The notes beneath the pieces were generated by a model, which saw only the letters and a list, made by a program, of their open reading frames with translations, was not told where the DNA came from and did no database searches. A stretch of 64,000 bases of DNA from Gammaproteobacteria bacterium. GTDB lineage: Bacteria; Pseudomonadota; Gammaproteobacteria; GCA-001735895. The stretch is taken from contig JBNKUM010000115.1 in assembly GCA_050298595.1 (NCBI GenBank), forward strand, positions 1-64,000. Reading direction: 5' to 3'. Positions 18,603 to 31,276 of this stretch are shown here, piece by piece. How positions within the stretch are numbered: position 1 is the first letter of the stretch; the number at the start of each line of letters is the position of its first letter. The position numbers were made by a program, and so were the translations under genes.

Positions 18603-20696
18603 ATGCATTCAGAATCAGAAAAACTAATTCGCCTGTTAATCGTAGATGAAGGTTTACATCAGGCAGAGCAAATCACCAGCTCATTGCGAAGCTCAGGACT
18701 CCATGTACTCGCTGAACACGCTGAAGATGCTGAAGACATGACAGAAATCATCAACAGCAAGCCACTCGATCTAATCCTGTTTTCCATGGATTTACCTGAC
18801 TTTAGCCTGCAGCAAGCTCAGCAACTGATTCACGAATGTGGGCGACACCTTTCGCTGATCTGCATTACCGATAAGATCAGCGAGCCTCTGGTGGTGCATG
18901 CGATGGAACAGGGCGCTCAGGATATTTTGCTATCAACAGAACTGGAACACCTGGCCCTGGTGGTTAAACGCGAAGCACAAAATTTAAAAATCTGGCGAAA
19001 ATTCGTCAGCAATGAAAAAGAGTTACACGAAAGCGAAAAACGTTGTCAGTCATTGCTGGCAAACTCCAAGGATGCCGTCGCCTATGTTCACGAGGGTATG
19101 CATATCTACGCAAATGCCCCCTATATGGATCTGTTCGGACATACCGATTTTGACGAAGTTGAAGGCGTGCCATTGATCGACATGGTGGAAAGCAGTCAAC
19201 AGGAAACTCTCAAACAATTTTTGCGAAACCTGAGTCAAAACAAAAACACTACCAATGAACTCACTCTTAACCTTATTCACCATAGCGGTGAAGTGATTCA
19301 GGGACTAGTGGAATTCTCTCGTGCCAGCTTCGACGGTGAACCTTGCACCCAGATTTTAATCCGCTCAAAAGCCGATACTAGCGAGCTGGAAGAGCAGATA
19401 AATTATTTGCATAAACACGATCTGGTGACAGGCTTATATAATCGCCAGTATTTCATGGAAAAACTGCAGGCCAGTATCGACGAAGCTATCAGCGGTGGTA
19501 AATCTTCAGTTCTGTTATACATTTCTATCGATAACTTCACCCATGTTCGCGATACTGTGGGTATCTCAGGCTGCGATATCCTGATCAATGATATTGCCAA
19601 AATACTTCAGCAGGGTAGTGACGAAAATGAGCATGTTTGTCGCTTCGGTGCTTATAGCTATACCATTCTCTGTCACGACAAGGATAAGAAAGAAGTTGAG
19701 ACTGGCACTGCAAATTTACTCAAATTGATCGAACAGAATATTTCCGAAATTGGGAAGCAATCCATCAGCTCCACCTGCAGTATCTCGATTTATTATATCG
19801 ATGAAAATGTACCTCCAAACCCGAATGAGATTATTGCACGCTCAGAGCGCAATCTTGACCAGATTCAGCGTAATGGTGGTAATCGTGCTGAAGCGTACGT
19901 GCCTGTAGCAGGTGAAATGAGTCAGGAAGAAGAAGATGCTGAGGTTACACGTAAGATCAAGGCGGCTATATCAAACAATAGCATCATCCCACTATTTCAA
20001 CCCATAGTTAGTATTGGAGGTGCAAGCGGTGAACGTTATGAAATCACTCGCCAGATAAATACTGAAGATGGGGAAATAATTACCGATGCAGAACTGATGC
20101 CTTCTGCCGAACGCTCAGGTAGCGCCAAGACCCTGGATCGCTGGTCAATTATGCAAGCCATTAGAATTATTGGTAAGTCGATACAGGCCAATCGAAAGAT
20201 CGATGTTTTTATTACTCTCAGCGCCGATTCTATTCAGGATCCCACGCTGGCGCGCTGGATTGCTCAACGCTTACAGGGATCGAAAACTCCTGGCGAACGT
20301 CTGGTTTTAGGCCTCAATGAAGCGCATGCAGTCAATCAGCTTAAGGCAGCCAAAACCCTGTTCAAGGGCCTTAAACAATTACATTGCCAGGTTTTTCTGG
20401 ATGGTTTTGGCACCGGGATAAACCCATTCCAGCTGGTCAAACACTTACCGGTAGATTACCTGCGCATCAATTCAGCCTATATGGAAGGACTGTCTTCCAA
20501 TCAGGAAAATCAGAACAGTATTCGCGAAATGACTGAGCAGGCATCTTCCATGGAGATACGCTGCATTGTACCGAAAGTAAGCGATGCTAGCGTGTTGAGC
20601 GTATTGTGGTCGGTCGGTGCTGATTTTGTGCAGGGTGAATTCTTACAGGCGCCCAGCGGCAGAATGAGTTACGACTTTACCTCTATGTCAAGTTGA
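18603..20696 (+). CDS. fimX: FimX-like REC-PAS-GGDEF-EAL protein with degenerate catalytic motifs
   Basis: AYVHEGMHIYAN PAS segment, DLVTGLYNR, GAYSY in place of GGDEF, EIT in place of EAL, DGFGTG. Confidence 0.75.
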   Translation: MHSESEKLIRLLIVDEGLHQAEQITSSLRSSGLHVLAEHAEDAEDMTEIINSKPLDLILFSMDLPDFSLQQAQQLIHECGRHLSLICITDKISEPLVVHAMEQGAQDILLSTELEHLALVVKREAQNLKIWRKFVSNEKELHESEKRCQSLLANSKDAVAYVHEGMHIYANAPYMDLFGHTDFDEVEGVPLIDMVESSQQETLKQFLRNLSQNKNTTNELTLNLIHHSGEVIQGLVEFSRASFDGEPCTQILIRSKADTSELEEQINYLHKHDLVTGLYNRQYFMEKLQASIDEAISGGKSSVLLYISIDNFTHVRDTVGISGCDILINDIAKILQQGSDENEHVCRFGAYSYTILCHDKDKKEVETGTANLLKLIEQNISEIGKQSISSTCSISIYYIDENVPPNPNEIIARSERNLDQIQRNGGNRAEAYVPVAGEMSQEEEDAEVTRKIKAAISNNSIIPLFQPIVSIGGASGERYEITRQINTEDGEIITDAELMPSAERSGSAKTLDRWSIMQAIRIIGKSIQANRKIDVFITLSADSIQDPTLARWIAQRLQGSKTPGERLVLGLNEAHAVNQLKAAKTLFKGLKQLHCQVFLDGFGTGINPFQLVKHLPVDYLRINSAYMEGLSSNQENQNSIREMTEQASSMEIRCIVPKVSDASVLSVLWSVGADFVQGEFLQAPSGRMSYDFTSMSS

Positions 20697-20710
20697 TTCC
20701 TCCAATCTCT

Positions 20711-21592
20711 CTATATTGCGGCTTTCAAAGCCGCAATACGTTTTTCCAGTGGTGGATGGGTACTCATTAACTCCATCAACGAAGTGCCAGCCGAAATACC
20801 AAACGCAGCAAACTCACCTTTCATACCCTGCGGCTCATGAGCGTGACGCAAACGCTCTAAAGCAGCTACCATTTTCCCTGCCCCGGCAAGTCTTGCCCCA
20901 CCCTCATCAGCACGATATTCGCGCCTGCGAGAAAACCATGCCGCAATCATTGCAGCCACTATACCTAATAGCATTTCTGCAACTATCGAGCCGATCCAGT
21001 ATCCCGGCCCCACACCGCGTTCTACCTTAAATACCACGCGATCTACTAAGATCCCGATAATGCGAGAAAAGAAAATGACAAAAGTATTCAAAACCCCCTG
21101 TAGCAACCCCATAGTGACCATATCGCCATTCGCCACATGTGACATTTCATGCCCCAGAACAGCTTCAACCTCATCTCGTGACATTTGATTAAGCAGCCCT
21201 GAGCTAACCGCCACAAGTGCATTATTTTTATCCATACCCGTGGCAAATGCATTCATCACATCAGCCGGAAAGATGCCGACTTCAGGCATACCAACCCCAG
21301 CCTGTTGTGCCTGACGTTTAATCACATTCACCAGCCATCGTTCGGTTTCATTGCGTGGAGTGTCAATAATCTGCACACCCATTGAACGTTTAGCCAGCAT
21401 TTTGGACATGGCCAGAGAAATAAATGAACCGGCAAATCCCATGATGGCAGCCATCAGCAACAGGCCATTAAGCTGGAATGCCCCACCCTGCTGAGCCAGA
21501 TAAGAATCCACACCTAACACTCGCATAGAGATACTGAGCACAGCCAGTACACCAAAATTGGCGAGTAAAAATAACACGACACGATTGAACAT
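20711..21592 (-). CDS. htpX: Membrane zinc protease HtpX
   Basis: NAFATG, HEMSHVANGDMVT, FSRRREYRAD, THPPLEKRI; GAGG RBS before ATG 21592. Confidence 0.95.
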   Translation of the reverse strand: MFNRVVLFLLANFGVLAVLSISMRVLGVDSYLAQQGGAFQLNGLLLMAAIMGFAGSFISLAMSKMLAKRSMGVQIIDTPRNETERWLVNVIKRQAQQAGVGMPEVGIFPADVMNAFATGMDKNNALVAVSSGLLNQMSRDEVEAVLGHEMSHVANGDMVTMGLLQGVLNTFVIFFSRIIGILVDRVVFKVERGVGPGYWIGSIVAEMLLGIVAAMIAAWFSRRREYRADEGGARLAGAGKMVAALERLRHAHEPQGMKGEFAAFGISAGTSLMELMSTHPPLEKRIAALKAAI

Positions 21593-21922
21593 TTTGAACC
21601 TCGAGTTGCTTATACTGAAATCCAATATAATGATGAATAGACTGATAACAAGCACCTGTCACCCAGATTTTTCATCTTAAGACTTGAGTAAGACACACAG
21701 GATCAGTGCCAGAAATACATCTATAGCCAATAAACTTCGATACTCGGCTAATACAAAGCAAAATATGTATAATTCATCACCTGAATAGATTTATTATTCG
21801 TTCCAATATTCAGTTATTATAGATTCAATCAGCCACTGCCCGACTGTAATCAAATGATCATTAATATCGGGTACTCTGCAGCGTTTTTGCATTTAGACCA
21901 ATAAATACTCAGGAATCAAAAA

Positions 21923-23368
21923 GTGAAAAGCCCTTTTAAACTGGATCGTCGTACCAAAATAGTAGCGACTTTAGGCCCTTCTTCAGCATCAGAAGACATC
22001 ATCATGTCACTGGTACAGGCTGGGGTGAATGTATTCCGACTCAATTTTAGCCATGGTTCTCATGAAGAACAGCGTCAACGCGTAGATATGATCCGTAATA
22101 TCGAGAAAATGGTTGACCGTCCGATTGGCATACTCATCGATTTACAGGGACCCAAACTTCGTATTGGCACCTTTAGCACAGTCAAGGTTAAACTGAAAAA
22201 GAAGCAAATCTTTACTTTTTTTCTAAATGACCATGTTGGCGATGAACATGGTGTTACTCTGCCGCACAGGGAAATCTTTGAAGTGTTACAACCTGGGCAT
22301 GACTTACTCATCGACGATGGCAAGGTACGCTTAAGAGTGGAAAAGGTTACAGCCACAGAAATCACCACTCAGGTTATCGTGGGTGGCAAAATCTCTGATC
22401 GTAAAGGGGTTAATGTTCCAGATACTCAGTTACCTATCAGTGCTCTCACCGATAAAGACCGTAAAGACCTGGCCTTCGGCCTGGATCTAAATATCGACTG
22501 GGTGGCACTATCCTTTGTTCAGCGTGTAGAAGATGTCATGGAAGCGCGCGAATTAATCGGTGACCGTGCAGGTGTACTCGCCAAACTGGAAAAACCTTCA
22601 GCACTGGATGATCTGGAAAATATCATTGCCTGTGCCGACGCCATTATGGTCGCTCGTGGAGACCTGGGCGTTGAGCTACCTCCTGAACGTGTTCCCTCAA
22701 TTCAAAAACGCATTGTAGAAATATCTCGTGCCAAGGGAAAACCCGTTATCGTAGCTACCCAGATGCTGGAATCGATGATCCAGTCTCCTGTACCCACCCG
22801 TGCAGAAGCCTCTGACGTGGCAACGGCTATTTACGATGGTGCCGATGCAGTGATGCTATCAGCCGAAACCGCAGCCGGTGAATATCCTTTAGAAGCTGTA
22901 GAAGTGATGGGTAAAATCATCAGTGTTACCGAGAAAGACGAACATTACCGTAAAATGCTACGCGTATATCCCATTGATGGGGAAGCCACTGATGCAGACG
23001 CTATTGCCAGTGCAGCGACTTCCATCGCAACAGTGCGCAAATGTTCAGCCATCGTGACTTTCACCAGTACTGGATCAACAACCATTCGTGTTTCACGTAT
23101 GCGCGCTATGGTACCTATTCTGGGTCTCACCCCTTCTGATCATGTCGCGCGAAAACTAGCATTGGTGTGGGGTGTTTATTCGGTACAGACACGCGATGTG
23201 GAATCATTCTCAGAAATGGTGGGTAAATCGGTACGTATGGTTCAACGTAAAGGATTTTCCAAACTGGGTGAACGCATCGTGGTGATCGCTGGTGTCCCCT
23301 TCGGTACCCCAGGCTCAACCAATGTTATTCGTCTGGCTGAGGTTTCTACTGAATATGGCGAGCCTTAA
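21923..23368 (+). CDS. pyk: Pyruvate kinase
   Basis: RTKIVATLGP, RLNFSHG, MVARGDLGVE, ATQMLESM, MLSAETA. Confidence 0.97.
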   Translation: MKSPFKLDRRTKIVATLGPSSASEDIIMSLVQAGVNVFRLNFSHGSHEEQRQRVDMIRNIEKMVDRPIGILIDLQGPKLRIGTFSTVKVKLKKKQIFTFFLNDHVGDEHGVTLPHREIFEVLQPGHDLLIDDGKVRLRVEKVTATEITTQVIVGGKISDRKGVNVPDTQLPISALTDKDRKDLAFGLDLNIDWVALSFVQRVEDVMEARELIGDRAGVLAKLEKPSALDDLENIIACADAIMVARGDLGVELPPERVPSIQKRIVEISRAKGKPVIVATQMLESMIQSPVPTRAEASDVATAIYDGADAVMLSAETAAGEYPLEAVEVMGKIISVTEKDEHYRKMLRVYPIDGEATDADAIASAATSIATVRKCSAIVTFTSTGSTTIRVSRMRAMVPILGLTPSDHVARKLALVWGVYSVQTRDVESFSEMVGKSVRMVQRKGFSKLGERIVVIAGVPFGTPGSTNVIRLAEVSTEYGEP

Positions 23369-23428
23369 TAGAGCTAAGACTCGTTATCGCGACAGATAGA
23401 ACTTAAGGGGACGCTAAAGGCGCTCCCT

Positions 23429-25681
23429 TTATTCTTTATCGATCTGCTCTACCCAGTCCACATTCTGCCAGCCGCGTGGTAACTTGCTACCACGCTTGCC
23501 TCGTTCGATCACATAATCCATCAGTTCAGGATGATTCATGGTTTTGAATTTCTTGCCTACGTGTAAGGTCAGGCTATCCTTTTCATCGACACAGTGAATA
23601 GCGCCAACAATCTCTTCACCTGCCTTAAGCTTCTTGGGCGGTACATTAATAATTTTATTGCCCTTACCTTTGGCGAGTTGAGGTAAGTCACGTATTGGAA
23701 TCACACCAATATAGCCGTCACTGGTGACTGCAACGATATACTGACTGTCGTAATCCTTGACTGCAACTGGAGGCAATAACTCGGCGCCAGCCGGGATGCT
23801 GATCAAGGCCTTGCCATTCTTATTGCGCGTCACCATATCGGAAAACTTGCAGATGAATCCATAACCAAAGGTAGTCGACATTAGATACAGGTCATCATCA
23901 CGCCCCATCACGGTGGCAATAAAGTTGACCCCTGCGGCAGGTTTGAAACGCCCGGTTAAAGGCTCGCCCTGACCGCGTGCAGATGGCAGATTATGTGAGG
24001 GGGTAGCATAGCTGCGTCCGTCACTATCGATAAACACTGCCATCTGATTGCTCTTGCCGCGAGCGGCTGACTGGTAGCCATCGCCAGATTTATAGCTCAG
24101 GGCTTCAGGGTCAAGATCATGTCCTTTACCCGCGCGCACCCAGCCTTTAGCTGATAGTACAACAGTGAGCGCTTCGGAAGGCATCAGGTCAGACTCATCC
24201 ATAGCCCTGGCCGCTCCACGCGTAACTATCGGAGAACGACGATCATCGCCATAGGTTTCTGCATCTTCAATGATTTCATTCTTGATCAGGGTTTTCATGC
24301 GGCGCTCTGATCCCAGTACTTTTTCCAGTTCAGCCTTTTCCTTTAATAACTCATCCTGCTCGCCACGGATTTTCATCTCTTCCAGTTTCGCCAGATTGCG
24401 TAACTTTGTTTCCAGTATCGCTTCAGCCTGAATATCGGTAATCTTGAAGGTGCTCATTAATACCGGCTTAGGTTCTTCTTCCGTCCGAATAATACGAATC
24501 ACTTCATCCAGATTCAGATAGGCGATCAACAGGCCTTCCAGGATATGTAGGCGCGCATCCACCTTATCCAGTCGCCATTGCAGACGACGGCGCACGGTAT
24601 CCATTCTAAATTCCAGCCACTCCTTAATGATCATCTTCAGGTTTTTCACCTGTGGGCGGCCATTGGTACCGATCATATTCATATTAACGCGATAGGTTTT
24701 TTCCAGATCAGTGGTGGCAAACAGGTGGTTCATCAAGCCTTCCACATCAATACGGTTTGAGCGCGGCACAATCACCAGGCGTGTCGGATTTTCATGATCC
24801 GACTCGTCGCGCAGATCATCTACCATAGGCAATTTTTTGGCTTGCATCTGGCTCGCTATCTGCTCCAGAATGCGCGCCCCTGATACCTGATGCGGCAATG
24901 CAGTGATGATGATATCGCCATCCTCTTTCTCATAAACCGCGCGCATGCGTATCGAGCCATTGCCGGTTTCGTACATGCTTTTCAATTCATGCGCAGGCGT
25001 AATAATTTCAGCCTCAGTTGGATAATCCGGCCCTTTGATATGCTCCAGCAATTCTTCCAGGGTTGATCGTGAATTTTCCAGCAGGCGAATACAGGCACTG
25101 GCGACTTCGCGAAGATTATGGGGCGGTAGATCAGTTGCCATACCAACCGCTATACCGGTAGTACCATTGAGTAGAATATGCGGCAGACGTGCTGGTAATA
25201 GACGCGGTTCCTGCAAGGTGCCATCAAAGTTAGGCAGCCAGTCCACCGTACCCTGGCCGAGTTCACGCAATAACACTTTTGCGATTGGTGCCAGACGTGA
25301 TTCGGTATAACGCATCGCAGCGAAGGATTTAGGATCATCGGCTGAACCGAAGTTACCCTGCCCGTCGATCAGTGGATAACGATAGGAAAACGGCTGTGCC
25401 ATCAATACCATGGCTTCATAGCAGGCGCTATCGCCATGTGGATGAAACTTACCCAGTACATCCCCCACTGTGCGAGCGGATTTTTTATGTTTTGAACTGG
25501 CTGATAAACCCAGCTCAGACATGGCATAGATAATTCGGCGTTGTACGGGTTTCAGACCATCACCGATATGCGGCAAGGCACGGTCCAGAATGACGTACAT
25601 GGAATAATCGAGATAGGCTTTTTCGGTGAAGTGGTGCAGAGGTTCCAGTTCTACACCTTCGTAATTAATAATATCGGACAT
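23429..25681 (-). CDS. parC: DNA topoisomerase IV subunit A
   Basis: [41 protein letters not shown]. Confidence 0.98.
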   Translation of the reverse strand: MSDIINYEGVELEPLHHFTEKAYLDYSMYVILDRALPHIGDGLKPVQRRIIYAMSELGLSASSKHKKSARTVGDVLGKFHPHGDSACYEAMVLMAQPFSYRYPLIDGQGNFGSADDPKSFAAMRYTESRLAPIAKVLLRELGQGTVDWLPNFDGTLQEPRLLPARLPHILLNGTTGIAVGMATDLPPHNLREVASACIRLLENSRSTLEELLEHIKGPDYPTEAEIITPAHELKSMYETGNGSIRMRAVYEKEDGDIIITALPHQVSGARILEQIASQMQAKKLPMVDDLRDESDHENPTRLVIVPRSNRIDVEGLMNHLFATTDLEKTYRVNMNMIGTNGRPQVKNLKMIIKEWLEFRMDTVRRRLQWRLDKVDARLHILEGLLIAYLNLDEVIRIIRTEEEPKPVLMSTFKITDIQAEAILETKLRNLAKLEEMKIRGEQDELLKEKAELEKVLGSERRMKTLIKNEIIEDAETYGDDRRSPIVTRGAARAMDESDLMPSEALTVVLSAKGWVRAGKGHDLDPEALSYKSGDGYQSAARGKSNQMAVFIDSDGRSYATPSHNLPSARGQGEPLTGRFKPAAGVNFIATVMGRDDDLYLMSTTFGYGFICKFSDMVTRNKNGKALISIPAGAELLPPVAVKDYDSQYIVAVTSDGYIGVIPIRDLPQLAKGKGNKIINVPPKKLKAGEEIVGAIHCVDEKDSLTLHVGKKFKTMNHPELMDYVIERGKRGSKLPRGWQNVDWVEQIDKE

Positions 25682-25766
25682 TTGTACCCAGATAGATGAT
25701 TTTTTGTGGGCGGTAGTTTACCGCCTTGTGGTGGTGGAAGCTACGGTAAACCGTTAAACTCCAGCT

Positions 25767-26549
25767 ATGATAAAGATCTTAATATTCCTCGTATTTATAT
25801 ATTTTCTTGCCTGCCTGATTTTGTACATCAAGCAGCGTGACCTAATGTACTTCCCAACTCCTGAAGCCCATTCAACACAGGCACAGGAAGTCTGGATAGA
25901 CTCGCATCAGCATCGCCTGAAACTTTGGCAAATGCATCAGAAAAAACCGGCCATTATTTATTTCGGTGGCAATGCCGAAGCAGTAGAGGATAATATTTCA
26001 GGATTTGGTCAGGCGCTAGCTGAGCACACGGTTTATCTGGTGAATTATCGAGGCTTTGGCGGTAGTAGCGGAAAACCCAGTGAACAGGCCATATTTCAAG
26101 ATGCTCTGGCGGTATACGATGCCATAAAGGATAAACATAGCAGTATCAGTGTGATTGGTCGCAGCCTGGGGTCAGGAGTAGCAGTGTATCTGGCCACTCA
26201 AAGAAAGATCGACAAAGTAGCACTGGTCACACCCTACGACAGCATTAAAAACGTGGCAAAGTCACACTACCCTGTGTTTCCCGTGAGTATATTATTAAAG
26301 GATTGTTTTGATTCCGTGTCCAGAAGTGGGCAATTGACTCAACCGGTTTTAATATTACTGGCAGATCATGATGTGACCGTGCCAAGGAAGAATAGCGAAA
26401 ACCTGATAGCTGCACTTAAGCCTGAACAGGCCGAAACTCAAATCATAGTGAACAGTGATCATGGAAGTATCTCTTCACATGCTGAGTATTTCAGCAGCCT
26501 GTCGATTTTTTTTGACCAGGGCCTGTTTACAGGTGTTAACAGGCCCTAG
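25767..26549 (+). CDS. Alpha/beta hydrolase (ABHD13/Bem46-like)
   Basis: [22 protein letters not shown] nucleophile elbow. Confidence 0.88.
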   Translation: MIKILIFLVFIYFLACLILYIKQRDLMYFPTPEAHSTQAQEVWIDSHQHRLKLWQMHQKKPAIIYFGGNAEAVEDNISGFGQALAEHTVYLVNYRGFGGSSGKPSEQAIFQDALAVYDAIKDKHSSISVIGRSLGSGVAVYLATQRKIDKVALVTPYDSIKNVAKSHYPVFPVSILLKDCFDSVSRSGQLTQPVLILLADHDVTVPRKNSENLIAALKPEQAETQIIVNSDHGSISSHAEYFSSLSIFFDQGLFTGVNRP

Positions 26550-27361
26550 GTCAATCGCATACTGCGACCAATGTTCCTGCCATAATATATTTCCATCATT
26601 TCACGGCGAATTTTTTCACTGATCATGCGCTGTTCCTTGGGTGCGACATCATCCGCATCCACACCGAACAAATAGGTATCCAGATCAAACTCCTTTAACA
26701 CCATCTTGGTGTGGAAAATATTTTCCTGATACACATTGACATCAACCATCTGGTAACGCTCGCGCGAATCACGTGCCAGATAGTTCTGAATTGAATTGAT
26801 TTTATGATCGATAAAATGCTTCTTGCCATTCACATCACGAGTGAACCCTCTCACCCGGTAATCCATGATAACGATATCCGATTCGAATGAATGTATCAGG
26901 TAGTTCAAGGCCTTTAGCGGTGAAATTCGTCCACAGGTAGAGACATCGATATCTGCACGAAAGGTGGATATCCCATTCTCAGGATGGCTTTCGGGATAGG
27001 TATGTACTGTAATATGACTTTTATCCAGGTGTCCGACTACTGATTCAGGCAACGGACCCGGTGACTCAGTGTTGGATATTGATTCCGCCGCGACAGGCTC
27101 TTCAGAAATCAGAATGGTAACACTGGCGCCATGCGGCTCATAATCCTGATGCGCGATATTCAGCACATTAGCGCCGATAATCTCTGTTACATCGATTAAT
27201 ATTTGAGTAAGACGCTCAGCACTATAAGCTTCATCAATGTACTGAATGTAGCGTTTTTCCTGATCACTATTTGCGGCATAATTAATATCGTAAATATTGA
27301 AGCTCAAGGTCTTTGTCAGGTTATTAAAGCCATGTAGTCTCAATTTTTTTTTCTGAACCAC
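26546..27361 (-). CDS. speD: S-adenosylmethionine decarboxylase proenzyme
   Basis: [29 protein letters not shown]; probable GTG start at 27361. Confidence 0.95.
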   Translation of the reverse strand: MVQKKKLRLHGFNNLTKTLSFNIYDINYAANSDQEKRYIQYIDEAYSAERLTQILIDVTEIIGANVLNIAHQDYEPHGASVTILISEEPVAAESISNTESPGPLPESVVGHLDKSHITVHTYPESHPENGISTFRADIDVSTCGRISPLKALNYLIHSFESDIVIMDYRVRGFTRDVNGKKHFIDHKINSIQNYLARDSRERYQMVDVNVYQENIFHTKMVLKEFDLDTYLFGVDADDVAPKEQRMISEKIRREMMEIYYGRNIGRSMRLT

Positions 27362-27443
27362 TAGATGATTACCTGTCGAATAAGGATAAAGAGGTCGTGT
27401 AAATAACACGACATTATTTTAATTTTCACTGCTTACCCCAGCA

Positions 27444-29354
<1,911 letters not shown>

Positions 29355-29382
29355 TTAATGCGGCGAAAGTATATATCGCAAG

Positions 29383-29410
29383 CTTGATTTTGTAACGGTT
29401 ATCCTTATAT
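29383..29410 (+). promoter_or_regulatory. Possible sigma32 promoter for cnoX
   Basis: CTTGAT-N14-CCTTATAT resembles CTTGAA-N13/14-CCCCATNT; ybbN/cnoX is a heat-shock gene in E. coli. Confidence 0.35.
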
Positions 29411-29443
29411 ATATGCGATCTTGTTTTTAAGTCGGGCATACCT

Positions 29444-30307
29444 ATGAGCGAATCTCCCTATATTCATCACGTTACAGCACAGGACTTTAATACGCTGGTC
29501 GTAGAAAACTCATTCAAACAACCCGTACTGGTCGATTTCTGGGCAGAATGGTGTCAACCCTGTCAGGCACTGATTCCCGTACTCACCAAACTGGCAGAAG
29601 AATATAAAGGCGCATTCATCCTCGCCAAGGTAAATAGCGACGAACAGGGCGAACTGGCTGCACATGCCGGAGTAAGAAGCCTGCCTACTGTGAAACTGTT
29701 TATCGATGGACAAATCGCTGATGAATTCATGGGCGCCCTGCCCGAATCTGAGGTACGCAAGTTCCTGGACAAATATATCCAGTCAGAATCCGATGCCATT
29801 ATGAGTGAAGCCGTTCAGGCCTACCATGAAGGCCGCAAACAGGATGCACTGGACATGATGAACAAGGCACTGGCAGAAGATCCACAGAATGCCAAGCTAA
29901 AAATCAATATCGCCAAGATGGTCGCCAATGATGGTGATTATGAAAGTGCCAGTGCATTGATCGATACACTAAGTGATGAAGATAAAGATCAAGCTGAAGT
30001 ACGCGAGATGATGGCGCAGATTAAGCTCGCGGTGAAGCTTAAGGATGCGGGTGATCCTGCTGAAATTGAACAGCGTCTGAATGATAACCCAGAAGATCTG
30101 GATGCGATGTTACAGATGAGTAATTATCTGACTGCTGCTGGTCAGTTCGAAGAGGCGATTAAGTTATTACTCGACATCATGACGAAGGATAGAAATTTTA
30201 ATGATGATGCGGGGCGTAAGGGCTTGTTGGAGGTTTTTGATATTTTAGGATCGGAGAATCCGCTGGTTAAGACCTATCGTCGCCGCATGTTTACGCTATT
30301 GCATTAG
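29444..30307 (+). CDS. cnoX: Thioredoxin-TPR chaperedoxin (YbbN/CnoX)
   Basis: DFWAEWCQPC thioredoxin domain plus a TPR C-terminus ending YRRRMFTLLH. Confidence 0.92.
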   Translation: MSESPYIHHVTAQDFNTLVVENSFKQPVLVDFWAEWCQPCQALIPVLTKLAEEYKGAFILAKVNSDEQGELAAHAGVRSLPTVKLFIDGQIADEFMGALPESEVRKFLDKYIQSESDAIMSEAVQAYHEGRKQDALDMMNKALAEDPQNAKLKINIAKMVANDGDYESASALIDTLSDEDKDQAEVREMMAQIKLAVKLKDAGDPAEIEQRLNDNPEDLDAMLQMSNYLTAAGQFEEAIKLLLDIMTKDRNFNDDAGRKGLLEVFDILGSENPLVKTYRRRMFTLLH

Positions 30308-30324
30308 TCTTTACCTGTTATTAC

Positions 30325-30540
30325 TTCGGGCTCCATGCCCTCCGTCAGGAGGCCTGCCAGGCTGTTCAAAATCGTTTCTTGCGGTTTTGTGCAAGGCTCG
30401 TAGCAACGAAGTATGAGTGCTATATGGAAGTAGTGTTCTTCGTTCGGCCTTGTACTTGCAACACCTAAACTCCTTTAAGCGTCGACTCTACCATCCTGTA
30501 TTCCCTGCACTTTCACTATTCCAGGCGGTCATGCCATGCC
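30325..30540. repeat. Degenerate REP-like hairpin cluster
   Basis: TTCGGGCTCCATGCCCTCC...GTTCAAAATCGTTTCTTGCGGTTTTGTG parallels 49181-49250; the minus strand carries CAGGATGGTAGAG, similar to the 55345 insertion. Confidence 0.55.
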
Positions 30541-30834
30541 TAAAAAAAAACCAAAAATTCCTTGTAAATATCACAAGGACCTACTCTTTTAATTCTTTGC
30601 CAAATCAAATACATCGCCCCTTTCACCCCTAATTTTTCAACCTGAACTTCTAACAAAGGCAAAAATCCACAATTTTTTTCTGGAAAAATATTTTTTTGAT
30701 CTACACTCAGTTTCGTATCAAAAAAAATATCCAGTCGAGATCAAAAAAATCAACACCGGGAAACTGGAAAGCTGAATCTACTAATACGAAAGACATGCAA
30801 TTCTAATGATTAATAATTTAATAAGGATTTATTT

Positions 30835-31245
30835 ATGAAATTAAAACTCTCCCTCTTTTTTATTACCCTTTTGCTCAACACATCACTATGGGCTGCAGAT
30901 GAATCTCCACTAACCGTAAACGGTGCAACCACAGTTAATGCTACCGAAGCCAAGGCTTTATTTGACAGTCAGGCCTTATTTGTTGATGTTAGAAAAGACT
31001 CTGACTGGGATGCGGGCCGGATTCCTGGTGCGGTTCATCTTGACAATAAAAAAGGTATTTTTACCGATGCCGCTCTAAGTAATGAAATCTCAAAAGATGA
31101 AAAAGTAGTCATTTACTGTAACGGAGCCTCATGCCCTCGCAGTTCCAAAGGTAGCGCATCAGCAGTCAGCTGGGGCTTCAAGAATGTATATTATTTCAGA
31201 GATGGTTTTCCCTCCTGGAAAGCAGCAGGGTACCCTGTCGAATAA
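30835..31245 (+). CDS. Exported single-domain rhodanese-like protein
   Basis: Signal peptide; FVDVR, GRIPGAVH, active-site loop YCNGASCPRS, GFPSWKAAGYP. Confidence 0.9.
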   Translation: MKLKLSLFFITLLLNTSLWAADESPLTVNGATTVNATEAKALFDSQALFVDVRKDSDWDAGRIPGAVHLDNKKGIFTDAALSNEISKDEKVVIYCNGASCPRSSKGSASAVSWGFKNVYYFRDGFPSWKAAGYPVE

Positions 31246-31276
31246 GTGCATTAACCCGTAGTAAGAAGGGAATTCC

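Noticed and set aside
30644-30670. Third sigmaE-like promoter (GAACTT-N16-TCCAC) before the rhodanese
   Set aside because: The -10 match is too weak to separate from chance in AT-rich DNA.
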